A stretch of 64,000 nucleotides of DNA from Marsupella aquatica (taxonomy: Eukaryota > Plantae > Marchantiophyta): contig OZ316896.1 of assembly GCA_973895155.1 (NCBI GenBank), forward strand, positions 11,608,830 to 11,672,829, written 5' to 3'. Of the stretch, positions 25,341 through 38,200 are shown one piece after another. Position 1 is the stretch's first letter. Each line of letters begins with the position of its first letter. The notes below the pieces were generated by a model that saw only the letters and a list, made by a program, of their open reading frames with translations, made no database searches and was not told the DNA's origin. A program made the translations under genes and the position numbers.

Positions 25341-26201
25341 GGGCTTCGGATCTTTCTGCAGCCCATGAGATAACTTTGTCGAATATGGCACACAAGGACG
25401 CAGGAGAGATTAGGGGTGACAAGTTTCTGTGACATATACATGAAGTACTTCTTACTACAATTACGTCCCCCTCATCCTAAAGTGGGAAGAATTCTGTGTT
25501 GGATTTGTATCTGCATCGCGCTCCGAAATTGAGGGGAGCTAAGAACTGGGAGCCAATAATGAACTACGACTGTGAGGAACAAACGATCCATTGAGCCTCT
25601 CGCGAATGAGCCAATACATTGGGCATGAGCGAACGAGGAAGTAATCCAATGTCTTGTTGGGCGAGGGATTCACGCATCCGAGTTACTACAGATGCGGTTG
25701 ACAAAGAGATCAGGTATCAAACTTCGTGGCACGACCTTCTACTGCAATAGAACCCAACTCTCTTGTTTTCATGAAAGCCCCGAGAGAGGTCACAGCTTCA
25801 TCTGCCCATTACAAGCTACACTAAACTACAATGGGGTACATCATCATGCACATTGATTGAACACGTCATTGGAGGAACACTTGCACCGGGTTAAACACTA
25901 AACGAAATACTGTCAGAAACACTCTTAGAAACAGATTTTGAATCTCAATTCCAAAACAAAGAAGACCTCTGCTCAGCTTAGGCAGCTGAGTACAAAAACT
26001 CTTGCAGTCTTTTCATGTCTCATTCAAAAGGACATTTGCATATCGATGGCTTGGATTGCTGAAGAAAATATTCCAAGCTGCTGTGTCACTAGTAAATAGA
26101 TTGTCAGAGGCAGCATATACACAATCTGCTCAACAATAACCTATATGACATTCGTATCAACCACTTATCTAACCTTTCAAATATACATGAACAATTGATG
26201 A

Positions 26202-29200
26202 TCACTCTTCTGCAGCGCTTGCAGCACTCAAGTCCACGCTCAGATCAAGTACCTGACAAAGTATAATCATCAGTGAAAAATTGTTGTAACATTCATTCAA
26301 CAGACAGTGAAATGTGAAGCACACAAAACCTGCTAAGAACTAGTCTTGCACATACCTTTCCTGTGATCCTTGTGTACATTTGAAGCACATCAGCAACGGT
26401 AGTCTCAAAGTGTGTAGTCGGATCATAACTCTGCAAAATGAACATTTACATTGAGCTAGATACATTTGCTACAAACCTAAAGATAAACATTGAAAGCGAC
26501 CAGGGATATCAAGATCGCTTGTGGAAACTTCATACAATTGTAGAAACGATCTGAAGTGTGGCAACTTACTTTAGAGATGAAGACGTTGTCTAGACTCCAG
26601 TCATTTACAGGTTCATATCTATCATAGATGTCGACAATTCTCTCTTCAATGGGTCCCAGCAATCTGAGCCCAGCTTCTAATTCGATCTCAGGCCTGTCTG
26701 TCTCGGCCTCAGTTGACACAAAAGCAATATATTTGCCTTTAGGAGCAACGTTGTGGGAAAATGAGCAACAAAAAACATACCTGCATGTAACACAAGTCTT
26801 AGAGTTCCACATATGAAGGTCAACAGATTCGTGCATGGAGTTGCACCCCACTCAGGATCATGATCAACTATGTTCGGACATCTGAGTCATACTAGAATCC
26901 TAAAGGTGCACACCCACCGAAAGTACATCGAAATTGGGTCATATCCAGAAATTCACTAGTGTGAGGTGCGGATACCAGCTAGAAATCTAAGATACAGCGA
27001 AGATATGAAACATGAATTCAATAAGACCCCTGCCCGACATAGATATGATATGAACACCAAGCCCCTGCAAGTTGACTAAACTTTCAGCCTAAATCTGCGA
27101 TTAGCCCACTGTAAAAAAATATACGAACAATAACAGCACAAACAGTAAAACTAAAAACTGGTAACTGAAATATCCGGCATGAAACCCGATATTACATTCA
27201 ACCTCCAGCGTAATAGCCCAACTGAATCACTAAACTTAATTGGAGAGAGCAGCTTACACATCAGACTTCCGGTTCAGCTGCTTTTGAGGTAGAATCAACT
27301 GCACGGACTGAGCATCACCAGTATCCGGAATCGGATGATTCAATATACAGATTGCCCGGACAACTCTGCCAACCTTTCTCACCTGGAATAGCAATTCACT
27401 TTCTTAGCGTTAACTCCTTAACAAATCTCACGTACTTAGTAAGACCTTGTGCGAGCAAGAGAATTTGCAGATGAGAAAGTCACATCAACCAATACTTCTG
27501 ACAGTTCAACAAAACTTTTCAATATGAAAACGGAGTCTGGGCTCACTCACAACGTCTAATGCTGAGAACGTTTATCAAGGCCAGTTATCTAAGACCTCCA
27601 ATTCAATGACAATTCTTCCAGACTCATAGTTTCTCTTCCTCGGTCAAAAGGGTGGAAACATAACTTAAGCCATACACAGCACTGAAAGCTGAAAGTTGGA
27701 TAATAAAATATAAGGCTTCCGTAGAGTACGTTGCAATTACCTTATTTGGCATATAAGATGGATCACAGACAACCTTCTTTGCCCTGGCAGTTTCACCCTC
27801 AGAAGTGACTCCTCTAGCTTGGCCCATCTCATCAAACTCAACCTGGAGAAACGAGTAAACTTGCACTAGTTTAGGAAACATTGGGCACTCCTTTCCATAC
27901 TCCTGACAGACGCAGTACCTAACATCCACAATTCTCTACAATATTCCTCCAAATAAATCTAAGGGCATTAAAGCAACAAAAAAACAGGGCTACAGCAAAA
28001 GTCGCAATGATATAAAACATCCACTTGACCGGCTCTAAGATTTTAACTGTTACCACAACATTGACACATATATTGACGGGACAGGTTGGCACTGACTGGA
28101 GAGCATTTACCTTGCAGTCAGGCTTTGCCAGCATGTAAGTGCCACCGTAAACTGCGCTGAGTCGAGCAAAGGCCTGTAATCAAGTAGAGTTTTGTTATTA
28201 GTTGAATTGCAGAAATGAAATATCTAAGCTATATTCGTCCGCAAATATGGGCAAATTTGGAGAACAATCCTTTTAAACGGGCTTAAGCAAGCCTGGTTCC
28301 AAAGCCAACTGCAGCACAATGGCCGGGTAACAGGCACTGGTATGGAAAGAGCAACAGGAAGGCTAGGAGAGTTAGAAGTCCCACCTGAGGAAGTTCACCA
28401 AGTCCATACAAGGGATAAATGTACGGAGAACCACCAGCAAAGCGGGCCAAGGACTGTGCATAGAGCTGCATGACAGCACGAATCCCACATCATGCAATCC
28501 ACATAGCAAATCAAAAGGACTACCACAATTTTTTAACATGAGCAAACTACATCAATCAAATCACATGCCCAAGTAAATTCGTACTCAGCTAAAGTCAGCA
28601 AAATGTCAGCATACCTTCACCCTTGCCACCGTATCAAAGGCAGGTTGCTCCAAGTACGAGTCATCTCGGTGCAGTGCCAAGGCGTGACCGATAAAATCAA
28701 TGGTGTTTTCCTCAATTCCGAACTTCCTGTTACATAAAATTTCAATAAATGATCAGCCCTACACGTTCCTCAGATCATGCAGCACTCTTGAACTTAAGGA
28801 ATCCAGTGTACTATTCATCGTTCACTTCAATGGAGCAATTTTGTGTGCCCCTCAGCGGGCCCATCTGCAAAAACCCTGGCGTGCATCAGGGCTCCCTCCC
28901 GTCATTCTAACTCAAATATGTTTTAAACAAGAAGGAATATATTCATATGATCTCCCTGACACCCATCTCTAGAGTGCAAATCCTAAGTGGGTTCCTCGTC
29001 TGTAGGTTGACATGTCTTACGCGAAAAGCTCTTTTGTTGTGATAACCCTCAGGTCGAGTCCATCATGGGTCTTGGGCTCAGTCTCTTCATAGTCCTGAAC
29101 ATAGATGAAAAACTTCCGTGCACGACGCTTTTCAAAAAGGCCCATGAGAGGGGACTTCAAGGCTTCCACATCGGTAGCAGGAACCTTATAGATCTGAAAA

Positions 29201-30835
29201 CAGTATCCAAACGTTAATGTCTAGAAGTCTTCCACTCTGGGATGGTCGCCCTTGTAAACCATCGGAGCTTTGTTGCTGAAATTTAAAGAGCAAGAACTGG
29301 ACTTGAATGCCCTTTATCAGACCACAAGAAAGGGAAAACGCCAGAAATATGACTTTAGGAAAGCATCAACCTAAAACCACCGTCCACAACTACAGGGCTT
29401 TTCAACATCATAGGACTGAGCGATCATTCCTCAAACGAACCAGAAACGCAATGGACAATACCTTTCCTTGCTTGAAGACAAAGCTGCCATCAACAGCCTT
29501 GAAAGACAAATATTTCGTAACATCTGTATGGATGAGAACTCGAACAAGGGTTCCATTTGCCATCATGAACTGTACGACGAAGAGCGCAAGAATGTCTATT
29601 AATATAAGAACAGCCTCTTTGTAACGATCAAATCACAACTGGGGGTTGCCATCGTCCTTCACGCCATCCATTCAGCGATAATCAATCACAAATCAATCTT
29701 TAGTAGGTTGAGGTTCGAAGTTTCGCAGCAAGGAGCACCTTGGGGACTAAGTCCACGTTGTAATCCCTGTTAGAGCCCAGGAAAGCTGGAGGCTTCTCGT
29801 TGCCCTTGTACTTCTGCCACAACTGCGGCCAGTAACAACAACGTCAGCAGCAGCATTCTGGAGCACCAAAGAGTCGACAAAAAGAACTTACGAAGCGCAT
29901 GACTTGAGCTGGTCTCAAGCTACCAAGGAATGCCTGGAACCCATACCTGATTAAGGGTCAACGAAGCAGATGCCCCCCCGTAGTAGTCATTCCGGTCCAT
30001 ATGTAAGACCTAATTTATTAAGACGAATTGCAACAATGCGTAAGAATTTATATCCGGTTAGAAAGTTCTCAGGATGAGTCAATAATAGCAGAAATGAGGC
30101 AAAGTCGCCGATTCATAATACATGGACTGACAACGAGGAACATAACATCCTATCTGAGATCGAGTTTGACCGCGGCTTCTCAACGCATTCGTACAGCGAG
30201 GGAGGCAGTATGCAATCGTGAGAGTTTAACTTATCAAAATTAGAGAAACGTGGTCACTCCCTTCGAGTTCACCAGTCTACACATAGTCTTCGACATTTCT
30301 CTCAGATCACAACATGTTGAGCGCAGATCTCAGATAACATTTCCCGCCGTTGCAAGTAGTACGGAATCAAATCCGGGGTAGGAAACAGATGTAGATTCGA
30401 CCTCACTGTCACTCTAACCCCACCACTTAAAATATGGTCCTCCTCTGCTCCTCAACTACTATAGGTAAGGCAACTAAGAAGGTGATAGAAGTAGATCATG
30501 CATTCCCTACTGACATGTGTTGCTTCCCCGGAAGCACACAAATAGTCCAATAATCGCGGGTGGAGCAGATCCAAAGTCAAAGCGCATCCCATTACCCTAT
30601 GTCACTATGACTTACTCACAGTGATCAAACCTATCTCTCATAACCTATCAACTCCACGTCTTCCATCCCCTACTCCGCACTTATACGCCGTGCCCACCGC
30701 AACTTTGAATCGTATTCCAGCGAGACCCGCACAACATGACAAATTTACCTTCAGCCGATCCACTGAGAGAAGACCGCTGAGAATACATTCCTTCAGCCCA
30801 GTGCCGAGAACGATCACATCGTACTCTTCATCCAT
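26202..30835 (-). CDS. GDI1: Rab GDP-dissociation inhibitor, 13 coding exons, 444 aa
   Basis: Exons 30749-30835, 29947-30009, 29739-29822, 29462-29569, 29021-29193, 28615-28726, 28385-28465, 28111-28173, 27741-27842, 27258-27382, 26570-26780, 26356-26430, 26202-26252 are all GT-AG and in phase. The protein reads [24 protein letters not shown] ... [26 protein letters not shown] ... [11 protein letters not shown] 5'-UTR intron is probable at ~30858-31229. Confidence 0.97.
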
Positions 30836-31229
30836 GGTTGCTCAAAATTTCGGCTGCCTGTATCACAATACAACTTTAAGACGTCATTTGACCCACACCA
30901 AAAAACTCTACAAATCTATATCCTCAATCATGATCTCAGCCAAACCACAACACCCCCTGCCTTTATCTTGATTCAACGAACCCGATGAGCCACGCGACAC
31001 ACTCTCCCGAGCCCTAATTCAAGCCCTCAATTTGCTCTCCGATACCACCCCACTCCACCCCGCCTAGTATTGCGCGAGCACAGCAGCAGCAGCAGTAGTA
31101 GTGATTCCAACTCTGCCTGTGTCCAGATCCTAATCTGGCCGGTCCTCATCGACAAACACCGTATCAATCGACGGGGCAGTGACGACGGAAACAAAACTGC
31201 CCCAAAAACCCCTGCCCACAAAACCTACC

Positions 31230-31870
31230 TGCTGATCCGCTCCAATAATCTCCTTCTCGCCCTCTGTATCAATCCAGCCTCCTCAGCTCTGCTCCGCGAA
31301 GAATTATTGAAGCGGCAGGCAACAGCAAGCACTGCGAGCGACCGTGTTGCAAATGCAAACCCACGAGGATTCTCTCGTCTTTCCTCTTCTCTTCTCCTCT
31401 CCTCTTCACTCTTCTGCTCCTCTCTCTTGTGTCCCTTTTTCTCGTCTTCGTGCGTTCGTCCTTCCTTCCTCCCTCGTCGCCCCTACTCCCCTCGGCCCTC
31501 GCGCATGACGTGCAGACGGACGGCGGGCCGTCCATCTAGATTTGCGTCAGCCTTTCTGGGAATGCAGTGGCCGCCCCACTGTCGATCTGACGGTCACGAA
31601 ACCCTGCCGTATTTTTCCGTCCGTCCGTCCGTCAGCCCATTTTCCGTCCGGTCGGAGGCGTCCACGGGTAGCCACATGCGGCTGTCCACGTAAAACCCGG
31701 CCCCGCCTATTACCGTAGAGCCCAGTGTTTTTAGTGGCGGAAATTCGCCACATTCCACCTCCCCCAAAATCTTTCGCCACTTTTGTCAAAATTAGCTACT
31801 ATTTTTCTGTCTCATTAGCGGGTATTCCACCTAATTGCGGGCCCCATTATCCAGAATGTAACGGTCAGCC
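31230..31870 (-). promoter_or_regulatory. 5' UTR exon and GC-rich promoter of the GDI gene
   Basis: CAG|GTAGGT donor at ~31229, a GA-rich leader, and a CpG-rich upstream tract with repeated GACGG motifs. Confidence 0.6.
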
Positions 31871-33395
31871 TTAAATCTAGGGAAATCTGATGGTCAGGAA
31901 AATATTTAAATTAAGGAATTTTTTTGAGCATCTTCTCCTTCACACACTCTACATTCACCACTCTGGCGAAAAAGTTGAATCCTTAAAAAATACTCTGGTA
32001 GTGCCATTCTGGTTTGACCTGAGCAAGATATTAAATTTCTTCAATCCAGGAACAACCTCAATGCCAAATTATTAGACTCATAAGCCCCCTTGGACCCAAT
32101 GACAAAATGCCCGGATAGTCTGTAGAAAAACTCTTTTTGTGCTCAGCTAGCACTTTTTTTGGATTCCAGGATATGAAACAATGCCAATGTATTAGACTCT
32201 GAAGCCCTTGTGGACAAATGTTTGGAAACATTCGATAGAAATTGACTTGAGTTTTCAGCTATAATTAATTTGACTTTATTAAGGTTAATTAATTATTGAT
32301 TAAATTATAATAAAATCTGCTTACTTTCATGCTCACACATCTTAGGATCCATTGGGGATATAGGTTGGAGTGAGAGTATTGTCTCCCTTATTCTTTAAAT
32401 GTATTCTCATATGTTATGGATAAATCAAAAATATGTCCATTTGTGGTGTCTCATTGATGTAATGTGAGATTGAGTGTCAGTTTCTTACAAGTTCATTCCA
32501 ATGAGCCTGATATCATCAAATTTCATCGGGAATTGAGAGACCTATAATTTTTCAAAAATGAATTTATTTTTTCCTTGCAGCATTTCACTCACCTATGTAA
32601 TCTTGACTGTAAGGGCAAAAACAGGGTTGGAGTCATCCGGGTTGCAAAAACTTAGCCAAGCCATTTAGCAAACGTGGAAGTCCATTTAGGCTTTAATTTC
32701 ATGACAAGACTTTGTTTAGTTCAATGCGCTTAAAATAATCTTCAAATTTAGATCACAAAATTCTTTTGAGGTTTCACAAGCACGTTAAACTAATTTTTAA
32801 TATTAGTTATTTTTAGCCCAAATTGGGACTGCACTATGCTAAATCAGGGAGTTGGGAGGACTTCCCTCCCATAAGTGTAATAGCCTTCCATTCAACAACG
32901 TTGCCACCTATTACCTACTTTCTTGCAAAACGAGGTTGAGACAAGATCCCAAACATAGGACACTCAACCAAGAGGAGAATCAAGGGAAACTTTTTGAACC
33001 CATGTGGATCTTTTTCCATGTACTTCCTTTCTCTCCTAGTACCCCTGCAAGAAGGTGAGATGGTAGAAGTACTGTACATTGTGGATGCACTAGCCCCATT
33101 TGTGAGAACAAAGGTAAATGTGAATAGGAGGCCAAGTGTTGTGTTCCATTCACCCCTTCCAAGCCCACCCCTATTGCAACCCACTCCAAGATTGTTGGAG
33201 AGAATTGCAGACGTTTGCAGTTTTAGGGGTCACCCTCAAGAAAATGGCCTTCTGGTTAGCATTTTTCACATTCTTCTCATATGCTATCATGGATCCTTAA
33301 GAAATTTCTCCACTCGTGGTGTCTCGTTGGTGTACCGTGTGATCGAGTGTCTCTCTCATGTTTTGCATTTGCTGTCTAGTCTGAGCTGAAAAATT

Positions 33396-33644
33396 CTTAC
33401 ACCTAGGAATCCCGTGTATATCAAAGTGCTCTGCCATTGAGCTACAGTCCTGTATACTTGTACCATTGCACTCAACATGTTCTAAAGCTAATTAGAAACC
33501 ATGACATTCCTTGAGCCACGTTCACTTCAAGAGAGATTATTAACCTTTGGCTTTGTTACCATGTTGGAACAACATGGACCAGCTAGGAATTGAACCTAGG
33601 ACCTTGCATTTACATAGTAGTGATCTACCATTGAGCTAAACCCC
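33396..33644 (-). pseudogene. Two degenerate tRNA-like sequences (pseudo-tRNA or SINE heads)
   Basis: 33576-33644 reads GGGGTTTAGCTCAATGGTAGATCA...CTAGGTTCAATTCCTAG with A and B boxes and a perfect T-stem, but acceptor and anticodon stems pair poorly. 33396-33450 reads GGACTGTAGCTCAATGGCAGAGCAC... Confidence 0.65.
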
Positions 33645-34850
33645 TACATGTCTGCACCTTCATAGGTTTGAGTGAGGTTTATTTCAATAGAGTGAGCACT
33701 AACTTCTTCAACTTTACTTTTCCAAGAAACTATACAGAGAACAAGTGTACGCCTTAGGTGAGATTGTGCTTCTATGCAAAGAGAATTTTGTCATCTCTAT
33801 GCTTAATACTGTTGATAACCTCTTTGGGTCCCCACTCTTAATTAATATGCATAGAGGCGCAAACTCTCAAAGACTGGTTTCTTTTAATTTTGAGTTATCT
33901 AATTTTTATAATTACTACCAGTAAAACAAGAAATTTTGATGAGAAACAAGAAGACCAAAGGGTAAAATGGAAGGGGTCACAATCATAGGGGGTTCATTTA
34001 TTTACTGGAATTATCGCTTTGGAGTGATGACCCAGGGGACAACCTGAATTTATGTCATCTGTGTAGCTTGCTAGATCACTGCATTGTTAAGTTGCTCTAG
34101 TAATGGTCCCAACGGTCTAGAGGTTGGCAAAGTTTGGTTTGTGATCCTATGAGTGTTGGTGCTATATTTCTATCTGTTTTTTGTAGATCTTTGCTACTTG
34201 GGTGAGGGATTCCCTAGAGTAGACATGCATAAGAACCTGATGTGCTTATATGATTGTCCAGATCATCTCACCTCAAGCACCATTGTTTGAGGGGGGATCC
34301 CATATCATGCGCGAATTGTAGGATATAAACACCATAATTTATTTATTTTTAAACCATTTTTAAAAAATAGTTTTGTACCCCTAACTTTGTAGAATATTCT
34401 AAAAATATTAGATTTGGTTTGAAAAACCCTATAATTTTTCTAATTCTCAAATTAAAATTAAAATACCCCTAATTTTCCCCCAACAAGTTGTCCACTAAAT
34501 CCAATAAAGAAACCATATACTTGTTCTTGTTTGATGGGTCTGAAGAAAAGAAATGAGAACTCCAAGCAACATTGGTGTCCATTTCTAATAAAAACACTCG
34601 TAAAAACACAAAGGAAGAAAGATTAGAGACTAGCAATTTGAAACCCCAAACAAATTGTCTCATTCAATATGGTTTATGGTGGAAAAAAAAGATGAACTTC
34701 AAGTCCATTTGACAATCAAAGAGGCTTGTTAGAATCTACAAAATGGACCTAGGGAATAGTGACCAAGAATTGAAAGATGACAAGAACGAATTACATCAAC
34801 AAGCCTGAATGCCCCTTCTGTGAATCTTCGTTATAAAGCGCCAACTACAA

Positions 34851-35260
34851 GCTAGAGTGAGGCCTAGGCTCTAGAGTGAAGCCTCTAGATCGTAACTCCA
34901 TTGCCCATCATGTGGATGGGAAACTCATGGGTGTGATGTATGTCAAATGATAATCATACATGTTTTTTGTCATGCTTTCTATTTACATTCAATAAATGTG
35001 CTCTATGACCCCACCATAACATATGTGCATAGGAAAAAGGATGTGCATAGAAAGGAGGATAATATGTTATGTATGATTATTAGAATGATGACAAGCATGA
35101 ATGCCCCTTCTTTGAATGCGAATAGAATCGATGACAAAAATCACCATGCATGCTCATCTCTTTGACATCCAGAGCATTGCATAGTGTTTTCCATGGGCAT
35201 GGATGGGGCCCTCGTTCTTTCTAGTGGCTTCAGTCTAGAAGCCTAGACCCCAACTCTAGC
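34851..35260. mobile_element. MITE with about 40-bp imperfect TIRs, belonging to the TCTAGAGTGAAGCCTCTAGA hairpin family
   Basis: Left end gctagagtgaggcctaggctctagagtgaagcctctaga matches the reverse complement of the right end tctagtggcttcagtctagaagcctagaccccaactctagc. Confidence 0.7.
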
Positions 35261-38200
35261 TTTGTTAGCAATTATTAGTAAGATAGAGAATCTTGGGTTC
35301 ACTACATGGAGCTCCCCATGTCACTTCCAAGGTTTTTAGAGATTGAACTCCCAAATTTTCTAAATGGAATTTTTTACCCCTAATATCTGGAATGTTTTGG
35401 AAAAGTTTAGAAAAAACAGATATTCTTATTTGTCTTAACATTGGATTTAAAATACCCTAATGTTCTTCCAGATAAGTTTCCAACCTTTTTATGAAATGAA
35501 TTGAAAAAAACCCTAACTTTGTTAATACATGACGGGTTGGAAGATCTTGAGTGAACTCCCTGATTAGAGATGATTGTTTAAAATTGTAGCATTTTTTAAA
35601 TTCCAAAAAAATTCTGTTGATTGCCAAGGAGATTTGGTGCAAGTTGTGATTTTCTTACAACAAGTCAATAGGAGACTTATGGAATTCCTGCTCAAATTGA
35701 ACAAAACTGAATATGGTAGCTTGAGTTTCCCAAGCATAAAGAAAAGGTGGTTTGACAATGAGACTTACATGGCTTGAAAGGTTGAGGGCAGGCTTTATTC
35801 ACAATGTATCCTGCAGGGCAGATGGGAAGAGGAGACAACTAGGCTGGCTGTACACAAAAATGATCAAGGTGGGGTAAAACAAAAATAGATTCTTTTGACT
35901 AACTTATGCCCAAGAGCAAAAAAGCTCAGCACTTGTCCACAATTGCCTCCAGATTGCTTGCAACTACCGTCACTTGTGTCTCTGTCTCCAAAATGTCAGA
36001 AAGGACAAGAAAGGATTCTAGAACTCTGAGTGAGGGGAACAAACTACAATGGCCAAAAGCCTGGGGAATGAGTCCGAACAAACCCAAAGTAAAAAAAAAT
36101 GAGGAGCTGCCAGTGGATAGTCACCATCGTGTGGAGCCAGTGCACCATCCCTTAAAAATTTTGATTTTAATGGGCGAGGAACAATGATGGAACCCGGAAG
36201 GGTGAAAGGGAAGGATCGTCAAGCAGGAGACGTACAGAAACTAAGGGGGACTTGTACACTTGAAGGTGAATGGCTCTAATGGAAAGACTCCCTACTACTC
36301 CATTTTCACTGCCTCACCCCGTTCTGCCACAAGAGGATACGATGGGTATGGGGTGAATGGAAAACATTGTCTCTCATGGACTAAATTGTGCACTAGATAG
36401 TTACGGTAGTCTCAGCAAAACTGGGTGACTGAGGGGCCTTCCCTATTATTGTTGAGTGAAATGCCACTAAATTTTGTTGCCCATTGCTTTTCTGAGCCCA
36501 AAAGCAACTCCAAGGGTCACAGCCAGGGTCACATCAAGTTGTGTCACAATGAAGTCACATGAGCCAAAAGGTGTCACATATTGCGGTCTCAAAATAGATC
36601 GATTTCTTCTAGTGGCAAACACACAACAAAGGGGAAATAATTTTATAGTTGTCTCCCACTCTAGTACTAGTGAGAATTGTTGCTAGTCAAGTATTGGTGA
36701 GTTGGGACACAAATATATCCTGACAACTTGACCTTGTCCTTGTCAACACTTGTGTCTCAGGGCAATATGGGCAGACAAATGGAGCCAAAGTGTGGGTAAA
36801 GCCCTCACTACCTAGTAAAGAATATGTGGTGGTCATTGAGATTCTGTAATAGTTATAGCAATGACTATATTATTTTACAGTTTTGGCTATACATGCATTT
36901 AGCATTGGGTAGAGATGCCTAATGAGCAGATGTAATACCTCTAATGTAGTTATTGTTCTTTTGCCATTTTCTGTTTTGACCTAGGAACTTTTCTAGGATG
37001 ACATAAAAACATCCTAGTCATGGTGCTATAGACTATATATAGTGAGCACTTTTGGGGCTATAGCACCTAAATCTAAACTAAGGCTAGATACAATTTTCAT
37101 CAATTTTGTGCATAAGCCATGCAAAGTCTATCAACAGAATTGTTCACTTTAGCTACAAAGTCCCTTGCCACCATCAAAACCCAATGCTTGCATGGATTCA
37201 TCAATTTCCAGACGTACCTTTTGTCTGAATCCTGTCCACTTCCAAGAAAGCAACCTCTTTGCCTTCTTCTCTTTCCACCTCTTTGTCCAGACATAAGATC
37301 TTCAAAATCACCAACCACTTCCATGGTTGGCAAAAATAAGTTGAATTTGTTTCTCGAGACCTGATCTCTATCATAATCCTTTGCAAAATGTGTAGTGGTA
37401 CTTGGTGTCTGGTTGTCCATTGTAATTGTACATCCATTGAATCTTGACTCTTCTTCATATCAGGTATGTCCACTCTCCTCACAGGCCCTGCAATACCTGA
37501 GGGGCCTCACCCCAAGAGAGTTTTGGGGAGAGTTCTCATATCACACGCAATGTTTTTGGGTAATAACCACTGTAATAAACAAGAAAAAACCTATTTCCTA
37601 ACCCTATAATTATATAACATTCTAAAAATACTCTCAAATTTGGTTTTATAAACCACTATAATTTTTATAATTCTCAAAATTATATTAAAACACCCCTAAT
37701 GATCTTCCATATAAAATTATAAGTCTTCCACTGCACCCAATAAAAAAACCTAGATATTATTTGTGCCTGATGGGTGGGAAGAAACTAAGCGAGGACCCTG
37801 GGTGTAACACTTATTCACGCAGGTAGTGTTCATGATTTTCACAAATCCATTGTCTTCATATGCCATTGGGCATGTGTTTGACAATGTGTATGGAATTTCT
37901 TACATGAGTACTCTTGCACACATCATTGTCCCGATTGCCATCCCCTTGCCACCTGATACCACATCAGAATACTCCACCTCGCTATCATCTCAAAAGCCTC
38001 AAATTTTCAATTGTCCATGTTGACAAAATGAGTCTCATCCATGTTCTCCATGAGATCCTCATTTAGATCTCCAGAAGCAACACCTCTTGTTAGAACACCC
38101 ACTTATGCATTATTTCTTGTTCAATAATCTTCCACTTGGTTGGAGAACACATCATCTTGTTTTGGACCAAAGGAAAATGTTATAGTGATATTGGAAAGTT

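Noticed and set aside
31070-31693. 207-aa + strand ORF
   Set aside because: Antisense to the GA-rich GDI leader, low complexity (Ser/Leu runs) and with a non-ATG start.
33576-33644. Functional tRNA gene
   Set aside because: Acceptor and anticodon stems do not pair, so it is reported only as a relic.
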